From contig OZ242326.1 in the NCBI GenBank assembly GCA_965208325.1, positions 2,784,001 to 2,848,000 on the forward strand: 64,000 nucleotides of DNA, given 5' to 3'. The translations under genes were made by a program, and so were the position numbers. This document shows positions 29,468 through 39,976 of the stretch, piece by piece. The first letter of the stretch is position 1; each line of letters opens with the position of its first letter. The DNA comes from Candidatus Poribacteria bacterium (lineage in GTDB: Bacteria; Poribacteria; WGA-4E; PCPOR2b). The notes under the pieces are model-generated. The model saw only the letters and a list, made by a program, of their open reading frames with translations, did no database searches and was not told where the DNA came from.

Positions 29468-30643
29468 CTAGCTTGCCGATGCGTCCTTTACGTCTCGCCA
29501 TTGCCCAGTTTCCCACGAACGTTGAATCGCAGCCTGCACTTGTGCTACTGCTAACGCTTCTGCGAAGCCGGGTACAGTTTGCCGGCCGTCTCGGATAGAC
29601 TCTAAGAATTGGTGGGCTTCTATAACCTTGAGTTCTTCATACCCTAAGCCAATGCCCGGACCGGGATTAAATCGGGAATGGAAAGGATGCTCCGGCCCGC
29701 CCACTATGCGAACAAAACCTTCATGGGTATTGTTGTCATCTGGAAGATAAAGTTGGAGTTCATTCATCCGCTCAAAGTCCCAGCTCAACGCCCCGTGCGT
29801 ACCGTTCGCCTCGAACGCCATGGGAGATTTCAAACCGCTTATAATCCGGCATGCCTCTAGCGTACCATGTGCCCCATTGGCAAATTGCACCAGTGCGCCC
29901 GCATAGTCTTCGTTAGTTACATCTCCCATCGGTCCCGCCGTGCGAGCCGTCGTATGTGTAACTTCGCCGGGCTTGGGGAGTGGACGTTGCGGGATGAACG
30001 TCTCGCGATTCCCAATCACGCACTTTATTGGTCCCGCAATCATATGCGCCATATCAATCACATGCGACAGCAAATCTCCCAAAGTTCCTAACCCGGAAAA
30101 TTCTCGCTGAAACCGCCACGACAGTACCGTTTGAGGATTACTAGCCCAGCCTGTAAAGAATGTGCCCCGGTAGTGGGTTAGCTTACCCAAACGTCCATTC
30201 TGAATCAATTGGTGTGCGTACTGCACCAGCGGCGCCCACCTGTAATTGAAACCCACGAAAGTCAGAATACCCGCCCGGCGCGCCGTACGTTCTATTTCTT
30301 CCGTTTCCTTCGGGTTGCGACCAACAGGCTTTTCACAGAAGATGTGCTTACCAGCTTCGGCTGCTAACCGGGCAATTTCAAGATGGACGTTGTTCGATGC
30401 GGCAATATTCACTACTTCAACAGCCGGATCCGCGATTACTTGTCTCCAATCTACGGTGTGCCGTTCAAAACCGTACCGCGTTTTCGCTTGGCGCGCACGG
30501 TCTTCCGCCTCATCCGCACAAATTACCAGACGGGGTTGGATGCCGCTGTCATGAAATCGATGTGGAATCTCCCGGTAGGAGCGGCTGTGTGTCATCCCCA
30601 TCCAGCCCACACCAATCACGCCAATCCCAATTGTTCGCGTCAC
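29468..30643 (-). CDS. Gfo/Idh/MocA oxidoreductase (inositol dehydrogenase-like)
   Basis: [30 protein letters not shown]. Confidence 0.92.
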   Translation of the reverse strand: MTRTIGIGVIGVGWMGMTHSRSYREIPHRFHDSGIQPRLVICADEAEDRARQAKTRYGFERHTVDWRQVIADPAVEVVNIAASNNVHLEIARLAAEAGKHIFCEKPVGRNPKETEEIERTARRAGILTFVGFNYRWAPLVQYAHQLIQNGRLGKLTHYRGTFFTGWASNPQTVLSWRFQREFSGLGTLGDLLSHVIDMAHMIAGPIKCVIGNRETFIPQRPLPKPGEVTHTTARTAGPMGDVTNEDYAGALVQFANGAHGTLEACRIISGLKSPMAFEANGTHGALSWDFERMNELQLYLPDDNNTHEGFVRIVGGPEHPFHSRFNPGPGIGLGYEELKVIEAHQFLESIRDGRQTVPGFAEALAVAQVQAAIQRSWETGQWRDVKDASAS

Positions 30644-30759
30644 GGTTGCTCTCCTTCGCTTTCACATTTAGGCAAATCCGGTTGAAGCGAAAAATGCAGC
30701 TCGGCGATACGAACTTACGCTCATGCTCGCCTCCAGCAGAACAGCGCTGGTACGTCCTA

Positions 30760-32031
30760 CTAACCTGCAATCAACCGGCGGATGCGTTCGTCAAGTGCTT
30801 TTTGATCGGCAGCAAACGAGGCGAGTCCGGCGAGGTTCAAGAGCGTGTCGATCGCAAGTTCACCTGACTTGACGCGCTCTTCCCAGATTTCATGCTTCGG
30901 TATCTTGCCGTCGAAGGCGATTTTGTCAAGATCTGCTGTGGAAAGTCTAGGAAACAAATCGCCGGCACCCATGTCATGCGCCTGTATCACCAACTCTTCC
31001 GCCGTCTGAGGCGTATCGGTCGTAATACTTTCAACTAGACTACGCTCAGATTCTGCAACTTCCCACAACGTATGTAGACGCAAATCCGATGCACTGACCT
31101 CGTCGTTGAGACGTATCGGATAATCGCTGTCAACTTTGTAGCCCCACTCCCCTGAAAGTTCCTTTTTGGCAGCAGCAGCAACCTTTACGGGCATCGTGAT
31201 AACATCAATTCCTGCCAAATCCGCAAGCTGCCCAGCTCCTCTCAAGCTCGCGGCGATTTGTTGCGTCGGTACTTGAGTACCCTGAGCCAGGTCATTAACG
31301 GCTCGTTGGCTCGCAAGTGCAGATTTTTCACCAACCAACCGGCCGTCCCCCAATTGATTGTCAACCATGTAAGCATTTAGCCGACCAAGAAACACGTTTA
31401 CGTACGAAGGCGCGCCAAATGCTGTTGCTATGTAGTTATGTCGCGCACTGAACCCCAAAGTGAAATTAACCGGTACGCCTGATTCTCGTAAGCGGCGCGT
31501 AGCAATTAAACCCGCTGGCGTCAGCGGTATTTTGATGATAAAGGCGTCGGGGCAAATATTATAATACCGGTGACCATACGATACGCTTCTCTCAATGTCG
31601 TGAGCCAAATCCGTATGTAGCTCGACGCTCACTTTTCCGCCGAATCGTTGTGCTAGACGAAGTCCGTGATGGGCATTTAAGACAAACGCAATCTCGATAA
31701 TTTGTGTACTTGTATCCAACCCATAAAGCGTACCGGCAGTTTTCTGAATCAAATCATCGTATATACCCTTTTGCACCTCGGCGTTAAGCAACGTGTTGTT
31801 CGTCGTTAGCGCCGTGAATTCGTCGGTCCATAACGGCGTTGCTCCGTCAATATCACCTGTGTCAAGCCAAAGTTCAGTACCAATGTCACACAAAGCGCTC
31901 CAAAATGGATCTGATTCGGTGTCAAGACGTTCGCCATGTATATCAGCACCATCCTTTACAAAATCGTGGATTGGGTCAACGATATTCACAGCAGGTTCCA
32001 CCGGCTGCGTTAGTGTGTTTTCGCTAGACAT
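30760..32031 (-). CDS. Transaldolase family protein
   Basis: LWLDTGD, TTNN, VSVE, IIKIP Schiff-base lysine, VNFTLGFS, F.GR, AASLR. Confidence 0.85.
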   Translation of the reverse strand: MSSENTLTQPVEPAVNIVDPIHDFVKDGADIHGERLDTESDPFWSALCDIGTELWLDTGDIDGATPLWTDEFTALTTNNTLLNAEVQKGIYDDLIQKTAGTLYGLDTSTQIIEIAFVLNAHHGLRLAQRFGGKVSVELHTDLAHDIERSVSYGHRYYNICPDAFIIKIPLTPAGLIATRRLRESGVPVNFTLGFSARHNYIATAFGAPSYVNVFLGRLNAYMVDNQLGDGRLVGEKSALASQRAVNDLAQGTQVPTQQIAASLRGAGQLADLAGIDVITMPVKVAAAAKKELSGEWGYKVDSDYPIRLNDEVSASDLRLHTLWEVAESERSLVESITTDTPQTAEELVIQAHDMGAGDLFPRLSTADLDKIAFDGKIPKHEIWEERVKSGELAIDTLLNLAGLASFAADQKALDERIRRLIAG

Positions 32032-32377
32032 GATCACTCCTTCCAAAATAGAATGTACGAGATGTAGAAAAAGGGACGCGGAGGGATATTGCCCGTCCTC
32101 ATAAAACCCACGGCTGAATAGATTTCGGTCAAGATAGACCCTGTTCCGAAATGGTTGGGGCTAAAAGATGATAGGTTCGCGATGGTAAATTATACCATTT
32201 CTGATAGGAAACTTCCCATAAAATCGATATTATTTCCGGTTGAACCTCTCAAAAGAGTGGCTAGGGAAGATAAAGAACATGCGCGAGCAAAAAGATTCTT
32301 ACGCTCCACTTGCCTCCTGAAACGCATGTGGTGTCTTAGGTGGGCTTACATGTAATTGATTATTCGCATTCCATCAA

Positions 32378-33517
32378 CTAACTGCTGTCAGTTTCTTTAT
32401 TCTGAAAATCTTCCGCTGCATGCGTATCTTGGCTATCCATTTTCAGTGGTGATTCAAGCGTGACGGAATCGCCGCTGCCGCGTATCACCACTGCAGGCTC
32501 AACCGCTCTTAGCTGAACTTGATCGTCGACCTTAAACGGACAGCGGTGGTCGGTCTGAACAATGTAACCCTGTTCTCCGATTTTGACACGGTAGGTCAAA
32601 TCATGCCCCTTAAACTCGCGCATCGCAATTTTACCTCGCAAACCATTCGGGTGGGCCTCATTGCAACGCTCAATAGTAAGATGTTCTGGACGAATCGAAA
32701 GCAGCACCTTCCCTTCCGCATGGCAATCGAGTGGAAGTCTGCCGAGCGGAGTATCGGCGCAATCCCCCTTGGCTTCGCCGGAAATCAGGTTCGTCTTACC
32801 AAGAAACTCTGCCACGAACGGCGTTTGGGGACAGTGATAGATTGATTCGGGCGTCCCGATTTGTTCAATCTGTCCGTTTTGCATTACAGCGATCCGATTG
32901 GCTAAACAGAGCGCTTCCTCTTGGTCGTGTGTGACTAACACTGCGCTCATCCCAGTCTTTTTCAACAACTCCCGCACCTCTTCGCGGGTAGTGTGGCGCA
33001 ACTCTGCATCAAGGTTAGAAAATGGTTCGTCCAACAGGATTAACTGCGGACCTGGAGCAATTGACCGAGCCAATGCGACCCGTTGTTGCTCTCCCCCCGA
33101 AAGCTCATGAGGTTTCCGATCTTTAATCGAAATCAGGTCGACCAACTCCATCATCTCTAGACATCGCTCGCGAAGCAATTTAGAGGGAAGTTTCCTGAGC
33201 CCAAATCCGACATTGTCCATGACGCTGAGATGCGGGAAAAGGGCATAGTCCTGAAAGACAAATCCAATCCCCCGTGTTTTCGCTGACAGGTGTACTTCCG
33301 TGCTGTCTAGAAGCCGATCTTCCAGATAAATCTCGCCTGCATCAGGTCGCTCAAAGCCTGCAATCACCCGTAACGTCGTTGTCTTACCGCAACCGCTTGG
33401 TCCCAAAAGCGCGAAAATTTCGCCGGCGTAAACATCAAAACTCACCTGTACCACTACAGGCTCAAGGTTAGGAGCAAGTTGCTTGGTAAGATTGCGCACA
33501 CTAAGCAGGGGTTTCAT
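32378..33517 (-). CDS. Fe3+ ABC transporter ATP-binding subunit (FbpC-like)
   Basis: GPSGCGKT, LSGGEQQR, LLDEP, TOBE C-terminus. Confidence 0.92.
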   Translation of the reverse strand: MKPLLSVRNLTKQLAPNLEPVVVQVSFDVYAGEIFALLGPSGCGKTTTLRVIAGFERPDAGEIYLEDRLLDSTEVHLSAKTRGIGFVFQDYALFPHLSVMDNVGFGLRKLPSKLLRERCLEMMELVDLISIKDRKPHELSGGEQQRVALARSIAPGPQLILLDEPFSNLDAELRHTTREEVRELLKKTGMSAVLVTHDQEEALCLANRIAVMQNGQIEQIGTPESIYHCPQTPFVAEFLGKTNLISGEAKGDCADTPLGRLPLDCHAEGKVLLSIRPEHLTIERCNEAHPNGLRGKIAMREFKGHDLTYRVKIGEQGYIVQTDHRCPFKVDDQVQLRAVEPAVVIRGSGDSVTLESPLKMDSQDTHAAEDFQNKETDSS

Positions 33518-35078
33518 GGGGAATCCTTTCCTGGACAAGCAGAAGTCCCACAAACAGTGCCGAGAATAGCAGTATCGCCAGAGCGTACGGCGCCGCTTTC
33601 GCAAATTCAACTTCGTTTGTGTAACTCCAGACGTTTACCGCCAACGTCTCGTACCCCGCGGGAGAGAGTAAGACCGTGAGCGGAAGTTCTTTCATGGCAG
33701 AGAGAAAAACTAAAGCCGTACTCGCCGTAAGCCCGCCGCGTAAATGCGGAAACGTTGCCTTGAAAAACGCCCCCAGAGGCGTATAACCAAGAGATTGAGC
33801 TGCCTCCTCCAATCGAGGCGGCGCCTGATAGAGCGCACCTCGGACGGGCCCGATAGATTCAGCTAGGAAGTGTAATGTGTAGGCAAAAACCAAGACCCAA
33901 AGCGTCTGATAAATCCCGGATAGTGGTAGCGTGAAGAAGATGAGCGCAAGTGCGAGTGCCACAGGCGGCGTCGCGTAACCGAAATATGCCACACGTTCTA
34001 GGAGTCGGGAGAGGAACGTGGGGTAACGCACGCCCAAATATGCGAGCGGCACCGCGAAGCAGGTGGAGAGAAACGCAGCGGGAGTGGAAGCAAAGATTGA
34101 TCCCGACAGCGCTTCGTACAGGGATTGAATATTTGAAGGTACATTTTCCTTCAGCATCCAGAAACAGATTGTGACAGTAGGTAGAATTACACTTGCGGAT
34201 GCTAAAACGCCAAGGTAAATATATGCAGGACCGTGCCAAACGCCAAGCGGGATTAACGGCACTTTTCGTGGCGGACCGCTTCCCGTGCGGTGAAGTCTGG
34301 TGCCGCGCAACAGTTTAGCCTCAATGGCGATGAAGACGCCGGCAAGTGCGAGAAGCATCAATGCCAGCCAAGCCGCGTAGGTGCGGTCGAAGGATTGTGT
34401 TTGCGAGTAAAGTGCATAACTAAAGGTTTCGTAGCGCATCAACGAAACCACGCCAAAATCTCCGAGAACGTGCAGTCCGACGATTAGCCCGCCAGCGTAA
34501 AGCGTCGGACGAAGTTGCGGTATGACCACGTATCGGGAAACTTCCCATGTCCTATATCCCAAACTTCGTGCTGATTCTTCGAGCGCGGCGTCAAGTCCTA
34601 ACAACGCTGAACGTATATTCATGAAAAGATACGGAAATGTGCAGAAACTTAGCGCGATGAGCGCACCCCAGAAACCGCTAAGACGCGGTAACCTAAACCC
34701 GACTAGACTCGCTACAACTCCATCGGGTCCGCTCAGTCCCAACAGTGTGTACGCCATTACGTAACCCGGAATCGCCAGCGGCAATACGCCCAACAAGGTA
34801 AAAATCCGATTGCCTCTGAGCTCCGCGCGGGTGGTGAGCCACGCAAGAGGCGTTGCCAATAACCCGCCGACGGCAAGGACCCCAGCGGCGAGGAGAAATG
34901 TATTCACAAAGAGGTACAGATTTCTCGCGCGGAAGACTATCTGTGTGAGATCGGCTGCTTCCGCTTGGCAGGCTCGGACGAGTAGGTATGCCAACGGCAA
35001 GAGAATTCCTGTTCCTGCCGCAATCGCAGGAAGCGTTAAGTACCAGGGAGAAAGTTGCCGCGCGAGAAGAGTTCTCAT
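33501..35078 (-). CDS. Fe3+ ABC transporter permease (FbpB/FutB-like)
   Basis: Two EAA loops (LEESARSLG, LEEAAQSLG), DFGVV, MKELP.T. Confidence 0.92.
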   Translation of the reverse strand: MRTLLARQLSPWYLTLPAIAAGTGILLPLAYLLVRACQAEAADLTQIVFRARNLYLFVNTFLLAAGVLAVGGLLATPLAWLTTRAELRGNRIFTLLGVLPLAIPGYVMAYTLLGLSGPDGVVASLVGFRLPRLSGFWGALIALSFCTFPYLFMNIRSALLGLDAALEESARSLGYRTWEVSRYVVIPQLRPTLYAGGLIVGLHVLGDFGVVSLMRYETFSYALYSQTQSFDRTYAAWLALMLLALAGVFIAIEAKLLRGTRLHRTGSGPPRKVPLIPLGVWHGPAYIYLGVLASASVILPTVTICFWMLKENVPSNIQSLYEALSGSIFASTPAAFLSTCFAVPLAYLGVRYPTFLSRLLERVAYFGYATPPVALALALIFFTLPLSGIYQTLWVLVFAYTLHFLAESIGPVRGALYQAPPRLEEAAQSLGYTPLGAFFKATFPHLRGGLTASTALVFLSAMKELPLTVLLSPAGYETLAVNVWSYTNEVEFAKAAPYALAILLFSALFVGLLLVQERIPHETPA

Positions 35079-36073
35079 AGCAGACCGACTTTCCTCAATA
35101 GCTTCAGCGTACCATCCAGATCGTCTAAATCCTCTAGGTTTAGCGCTGGTATCTGATTGAGAAGGTCGTCCAGAGACAGCAGTTGGGCGTTGGGAATCAC
35201 CTTATCCGTAACCGGGTACTCGAAGACTTCGCTCGTAAAGAACTGCTGTGCTTTGATGGATATTAAAAACTCGATGAAAGCCAACGCTTCTTCAGACCGG
35301 TTGCTGCTCTTCAGTAGCGCTATGCCAGCCACGTTGACTAGATTTCCCGCGTCGCCGGCTTTGAAGAAGGTCTGATCGACCGGGAACTTTGCATTGCCCT
35401 TTTTGAAGCGTAAGAGATAGTAGTGGTTTGGCAATCCTAAATCAATCTCTCCAGCGGCAAGCGCCTGGATAATCGGGGTGTTCTTCGCATAACTTTTGGC
35501 TTTGTTCTCCCTCATAGCTCGCAGCCAGCTCTCGGTTTTCTTCTCGCCTTCCAACACTCGCATTGCGGTCACGAAAGCTTGGAATGATGCGTTCTGTGGC
35601 GCCCAACCGATTCGGCCCTTCCACATGGGATGGGTGAGGTCGAATATACTATCGGGTAACGCTTTCGGGTTGACGCGTTCCGGCGAGTAAGCGAGAACGC
35701 GCGCTCGGCCGCTGGTTGCAACCCACGTGCCGTCAACGTTTCGAAAACGTTCCGGAGATTCGGATAAAATCCTGTCGGGCAATCGGCTGAAGATATTTTG
35801 CTTGCTTAACGCACCCAGCGCGCCGGCATCCTGAGCCCAAAACAGATCCGACGGGCTTTTTGCGCCCTCTTCCAGTAAAGCAACCGCCAACTGGGCAGTG
35901 TCGCCGTATCGCACTTTGATTACTGCGCCGTTCTCCTTCTCAAACTGTTTAATGATTGGCTCGACTAGACTTTTGCTTCTCCCGGAATACATCACCAATT
36001 CCTTGGCATCTGTTGTTCCGAATATTGTTGCACTTAAGAGTAAACCTAAAACTCCAGCGGAATATCTCAACAT
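35075..36073 (-). CDS. Fe3+ ABC transporter substrate-binding protein (FbpA/FutA-like)
   Basis: YSGR, EG..SP.D, GRARV, NHYY tyrosine ligands, EYP. Confidence 0.92.
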   Translation of the reverse strand: MLRYSAGVLGLLLSATIFGTTDAKELVMYSGRSKSLVEPIIKQFEKENGAVIKVRYGDTAQLAVALLEEGAKSPSDLFWAQDAGALGALSKQNIFSRLPDRILSESPERFRNVDGTWVATSGRARVLAYSPERVNPKALPDSIFDLTHPMWKGRIGWAPQNASFQAFVTAMRVLEGEKKTESWLRAMRENKAKSYAKNTPIIQALAAGEIDLGLPNHYYLLRFKKGNAKFPVDQTFFKAGDAGNLVNVAGIALLKSSNRSEEALAFIEFLISIKAQQFFTSEVFEYPVTDKVIPNAQLLSLDDLLNQIPALNLEDLDDLDGTLKLLRKVGLL

Positions 36074-36134
36074 TGTAATCTCCCGTTGCTGTAACATTGG
36101 GTTCGAAGCGCAAGGAGATTTGTAGCTTCCACAC

Positions 36135-36164
36135 TTGACATCTCCAACCACGCTCTACTATACT
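36135..36164 (+). promoter_or_regulatory. sigma70 promoter for bfr
   Basis: TTGACA-N18-TATACT, followed by an imperfect palindrome at 36166-36200. Confidence 0.55.
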
Positions 36165-36233
36165 ATTATGCGTATACTCAAATTTGAACGGTTCTCATAA
36201 AGGCTAACACTTCCAAGCGTAAAGGAGAAAACA

Positions 36234-36713
36234 ATGGACGGCCACCCCGAAATCATCGAAGTACTTAACGAAGTATTAACATCCGAACTTACCGCAATCA
36301 ATCAGTATTTTGCCCACTCCGAAATCTGCGAAAATTGGCAATACCATCATCTCCACCAAGCGATTCGTGAGCATGCGATCGGAGAAATGAGGCACGCCGA
36401 AAAACTCATCGCGCGGATTCTGTATCTCAACGGAATGCCTAACATGATGCGTTATTTTGAGATTAGGATTGGCACGACTGTCGAAGAAATGATGGATAAC
36501 GACCTTGACCTTGAGAAAGAAGCCGTTGAGCGGTTGAATGAATTTATTGAACTCGCTATAACCCACAAAGACGCCGGTTCACGAGAACTTCTAGAAGAGA
36601 TTCTCAAAGATGAGGAAGACCACGTCGACTGGATTGAAGCCCAGTTGGATCAGATTAACCAAATGGGTATCCAAAACTACCTTGCACAACAAGTTGGCTC
36701 CGACGAAGCGTAA
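36234..36713 (+). CDS. bfr: Bacterioferritin
   Basis: ELTAINQYF.H, EMRHA (heme Met), EEDHVDW, QMGIQNYL. Confidence 0.96.
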   Translation: MDGHPEIIEVLNEVLTSELTAINQYFAHSEICENWQYHHLHQAIREHAIGEMRHAEKLIARILYLNGMPNMMRYFEIRIGTTVEEMMDNDLDLEKEAVERLNEFIELAITHKDAGSRELLEEILKDEEDHVDWIEAQLDQINQMGIQNYLAQQVGSDEA

Positions 36714-36859
36714 TCAGCCCCGCTTCAAACAATAGCAAGTCGCTAACCTCAAGGTAACAGCAAGATTACTTATACAGGAGTCGCCTGGCGAACCCATTGC
36801 ATTACAACCCAAACCACCGAGTTGGCTTTCACCCTCGCTTTGAAATGCAACCAAAATGT

Positions 36860-36927
36860 GATAATGAGACTCAGTTTCACTTGCCCAACAAACCAAAATT
36901 ATAACACCTACATTAATTGTATGTCAA
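36860..36927 (-). promoter_or_regulatory. Strong sigma70 promoter with downstream Fur-like box, antisense to bfr
   Basis: TTGACA (36927-36922)-N18-TATAAT (36903-36898) with extended -10 TG; GATAATGAGACTCAGTTTC (36860-36878) is 15/19 to the Fur consensus. Confidence 0.6.
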
Positions 36928-37071
36928 AAATATTTGAACCGCCTCATTCAAGAAGGCAATACACCGCTTGAAAAGAAACCGAGTTTTTCGCGTTACCCTT
37001 GGTTGCTGTTGTACAATCAAAATTTTGCGTCGGTGTTCGCTAAAGAAATCGCTTGACTATCCTGAATGTAT

Positions 37072-37659
37072 TCAGTTTTTTCCAACCTTCCCACCGAATT
37101 TAATATTGGACCGCTCTGCAGCAGCAGCAACCTCACGCACAATTCTCATAGTTAATTCGGCTAGCTTCTGTGCGAACATTTGACTCCCGTTATTCGATTC
37201 TGCAACCTCGCGGTAGCGGGTGCCGCTGCGCAACGTTGTCAACCGATGATTCGCAATACCGAGTGCGCTCGCAACTAGTTCGGTGGGCACATGAAGCGTA
37301 TCCGTCGTAGGTGTTTCACTTGTTGTCAGTTCAACTTCGGTGTTGGCTTCAGATGATTGCACCGCTTTTTGCTCACCGTCAAGGGGATTGCCCGCCAAAA
37401 AAGCTTCTTGGCGTGACTCAATAGCCTCAATAACCTGTTCAGCTGCCGCTTGTTCCGCAAGTCGCTTCGAACCGTGTATCGGCGCAGGAGTTATGTAATT
37501 AGATTGCCCATACTTAACGGTTACAATCCAGCTAGGCGAGTCCGGTTTTCCTTGCTGAATAGATTCGTACAACGGTTCTCCCAGGTTCCTCGTATGACAG
37601 AGTTGTTGTAGAATCCCTTTGTAATTCTGAATTTCACTCTGAGTTATAATCTCTGACAT
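37072..37659 (-). CDS. Stand-alone dsRNA-binding-motif (dsRBD) protein
   Basis: YKGILQQLC..P.Y...G...W.VTV...GSKRLAEQAAAE matches dsRBD; no RNase III domain. Confidence 0.75.
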   Translation of the reverse strand: MSEIITQSEIQNYKGILQQLCHTRNLGEPLYESIQQGKPDSPSWIVTVKYGQSNYITPAPIHGSKRLAEQAAAEQVIEAIESRQEAFLAGNPLDGEQKAVQSSEANTEVELTTSETPTTDTLHVPTELVASALGIANHRLTTLRSGTRYREVAESNNGSQMFAQKLAELTMRIVREVAAAAERSNIKFGGKVGKN

Positions 37660-37764
37660 AGGAATCTCCCAAATAGTTCTGTAAAGGCGATGAAAACGTG
37701 TTCTTGCTATAGAGCGTGGCTTTTTATCAACATAGATTGCGATTAGCGTTAATTACGTTAATGC

Positions 37765-39402
37765 TTACACCGGTTCAAATCTCAACGTCGGCTCATTTCG
37801 GCGAACCACGAGGTGTTTTCGCCAATTTGTGTCATCTCTTTCAGCGTAATCCTCCCGATAATGCCCGCCGCGGCTTTCGGTACGCGCTATAGCTATGCGT
37901 GTTATCAACCTCGCTACTTCAAGCATATTCTGCAACTCAAGCGCTTCAATTTGATTTCCCGATATTGACTGATCCAATGGCGCTAACGCATCCGCAACTT
38001 TCTTTAGGTCCTCGCCATTCCGGAGTATGCCGGCGTGTCTCCACATTAGCTCTCGGATTATTTCTTGGGCTGTATTGACATCTACGGTCGGATTGGATGT
38101 GTCATTGAATTTATCGCTGCTGGATTCTGATTCGTCATATGACTGAATCCGAACACTCGCGTGCACTTGTGTGTCCAATGTCCCCGCGTATTCAGCCGCG
38201 GTTTTTCCCGCACGTGTGCCAAAAACGATACACTCAAGCAATGAATTACTCGCGAGCCGATTCGCGCCATGGACGCCGGTGCACGCAACTTCCCCACAAG
38301 CGGTAAGGCCGCGAATACCCGTTTCGGCATTCATATTTGTTCGAACACCGCCCATCATGAAATGTGCTCCGGGTCGAACCGGGATTAAATCCGTGGTAAT
38401 GTCAATTCCGTACTGATTGCAGGTATGGTAGATTGTTGGGAAGCGGTTCTGTATGAAATTCGGCGATAGGTGTGTGATATCCAAGTAGACGCAGGGGGAA
38501 TCTGTTAATTCCATTTCGCTAAGGTTGGCGCGGCTCACCACATCTCGTGGCGCAAGTTCTTCCAGTTCGTGGTATTTGCCCATAAACCGTTCGCCGCGCG
38601 CGCTGATTAAGGTTCCGCCCTCGCCCCGCAAGGCTTCGGAGATTAAGAAATGGGGGGCTCCCATCAGGAACAGCGTGGTTGGATGAAATTGGACAAATTC
38701 CATATCCATCATTTCACAACCTGCTCGCCAAGCCAGGGCGAAACCGTCACCCGTTGCGACTTTTGGGTTCGACGTGCATTGATAGATTCGCCCCAGCCCA
38801 CCTGCTGCGAGGATTGTGGCTTTGGCAAAGATGCAGTGCAGGGTGTTATTAATGAGGGCGGCCGCTCCGTAGCAGGTGTTGCCCTGTGTCATTAAATCGA
38901 CCGCGAAGGCGTGCTCAATAACTTGTATCCGCTTTTGTTTCTTGAGATGCGTAACTAAAACGTGCGTGGTTTCTGCGCCAGTAGCGTCGCCTCGGTGAAC
39001 TATACGCCGGCGTTGGTGCGCCGCTTCTTGCGTGAAACCGAGGGTTTCTCCCTCCTTGTCGAAATTTGCGCCCCATTGAATTAGTTCCGAGACCCGTTCA
39101 ATGCCCTCCTCAACCATGATTTGTACAGCTTTTTCATTGCAGAGCCCAGCTCCCGCTTTAAGCGTATCTTCGACATGGAACCCGATTTCGTCATCCTCAC
39201 TCATCGCAACGGCGATGCCGCCTTGTGCATACCGCGTGCTGCTCTCTTGAAGCGCGCCTTTTGTGATTAACACAACATCCCCGTGGCGATTGGCTTCAAT
39301 GGCTGCCCTTAATCCAGCGCTGCCGCTTCCAATTACCAAAAAATCGGTGTCGATCCGCGGCAACTCCGCAGAATCAAAATTGATGAGATATCGGCGACTC
39401 AT
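37765..39402 (-). CDS. nadB: L-aspartate oxidase
   Basis: GSGSAGL, YAQGGIA, QFHPT, LISEALRGEG, APRDVVSR, HGANRLASNSLLE, ESRGGH. Confidence 0.96.
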   Translation of the reverse strand: MSRRYLINFDSAELPRIDTDFLVIGSGSAGLRAAIEANRHGDVVLITKGALQESSTRYAQGGIAVAMSEDDEIGFHVEDTLKAGAGLCNEKAVQIMVEEGIERVSELIQWGANFDKEGETLGFTQEAAHQRRRIVHRGDATGAETTHVLVTHLKKQKRIQVIEHAFAVDLMTQGNTCYGAAALINNTLHCIFAKATILAAGGLGRIYQCTSNPKVATGDGFALAWRAGCEMMDMEFVQFHPTTLFLMGAPHFLISEALRGEGGTLISARGERFMGKYHELEELAPRDVVSRANLSEMELTDSPCVYLDITHLSPNFIQNRFPTIYHTCNQYGIDITTDLIPVRPGAHFMMGGVRTNMNAETGIRGLTACGEVACTGVHGANRLASNSLLECIVFGTRAGKTAAEYAGTLDTQVHASVRIQSYDESESSSDKFNDTSNPTVDVNTAQEIIRELMWRHAGILRNGEDLKKVADALAPLDQSISGNQIEALELQNMLEVARLITRIAIARTESRGGHYREDYAERDDTNWRKHLVVRRNEPTLRFEPV

Positions 39403-39490
39403 TTGGTTCTAATGCGATTCGGCGATCGCAAATGATATCCTTTCGAAACAGTTTGCCTAGATTGCCCAAACGGCGTAAAGTGAACAGTAC

Positions 39491-39904
39491 CTAGAAAGTC
39501 CCAGCGACCTTCATAACCTTCCCGGTTCCTTCGGCAATCTGTGTTCCATCCTGCAGTTTAATCTCCGCAACAACCTCAATGAGCCGGTTTCCGGCTTTCA
39601 GGCGATTGGCTGTCACGAGAAGCTTCTGTCCGGCGCGTGCGGGATTTTTGAAACGAATATCGAGTTGCGCAGTCACCGCAGGCCCATCAAAATTAGCGAT
39701 GCCCACGTACGTTATCGCCTCGTCCAATAACGTGCTCAAGATACCGCCGTGCACTATATTTGCCCACCCTTGGAAGTGCTCCGGCGGGACACATTCAATC
39801 TTAACCTGCATCCCGTCCGGCGAAATATCAGGATGGACTTGCAGACCAAATGGGTTCTCTTTACCACAAGCGAAACAGCGGTTGTTGTTCTCAACACGCA
39901 TCAT
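39491..39904 (-). CDS. PaaI-family hot-dog thioesterase
   Basis: CFACGKENP.GL, HGGILSTLLDE. Confidence 0.9.
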   Translation of the reverse strand: MMRVENNNRCFACGKENPFGLQVHPDISPDGMQVKIECVPPEHFQGWANIVHGGILSTLLDEAITYVGIANFDGPAVTAQLDIRFKNPARAGQKLLVTANRLKAGNRLIEVVAEIKLQDGTQIAEGTGKVMKVAGTF

Positions 39905-39976
39905 GCACCGTTCCTGATGATTCCGTCGAATCCGATTTCTCTTTGCCTAACGCTTGCCATACGTGCGGGGAAATAT

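Noticed and set aside
36714..36896. 60-aa ORF downstream of bfr on the minus strand
   Set aside because: It starts next to the predicted -10 with no RBS and has no recognisable motif; the region reads better as non-coding.
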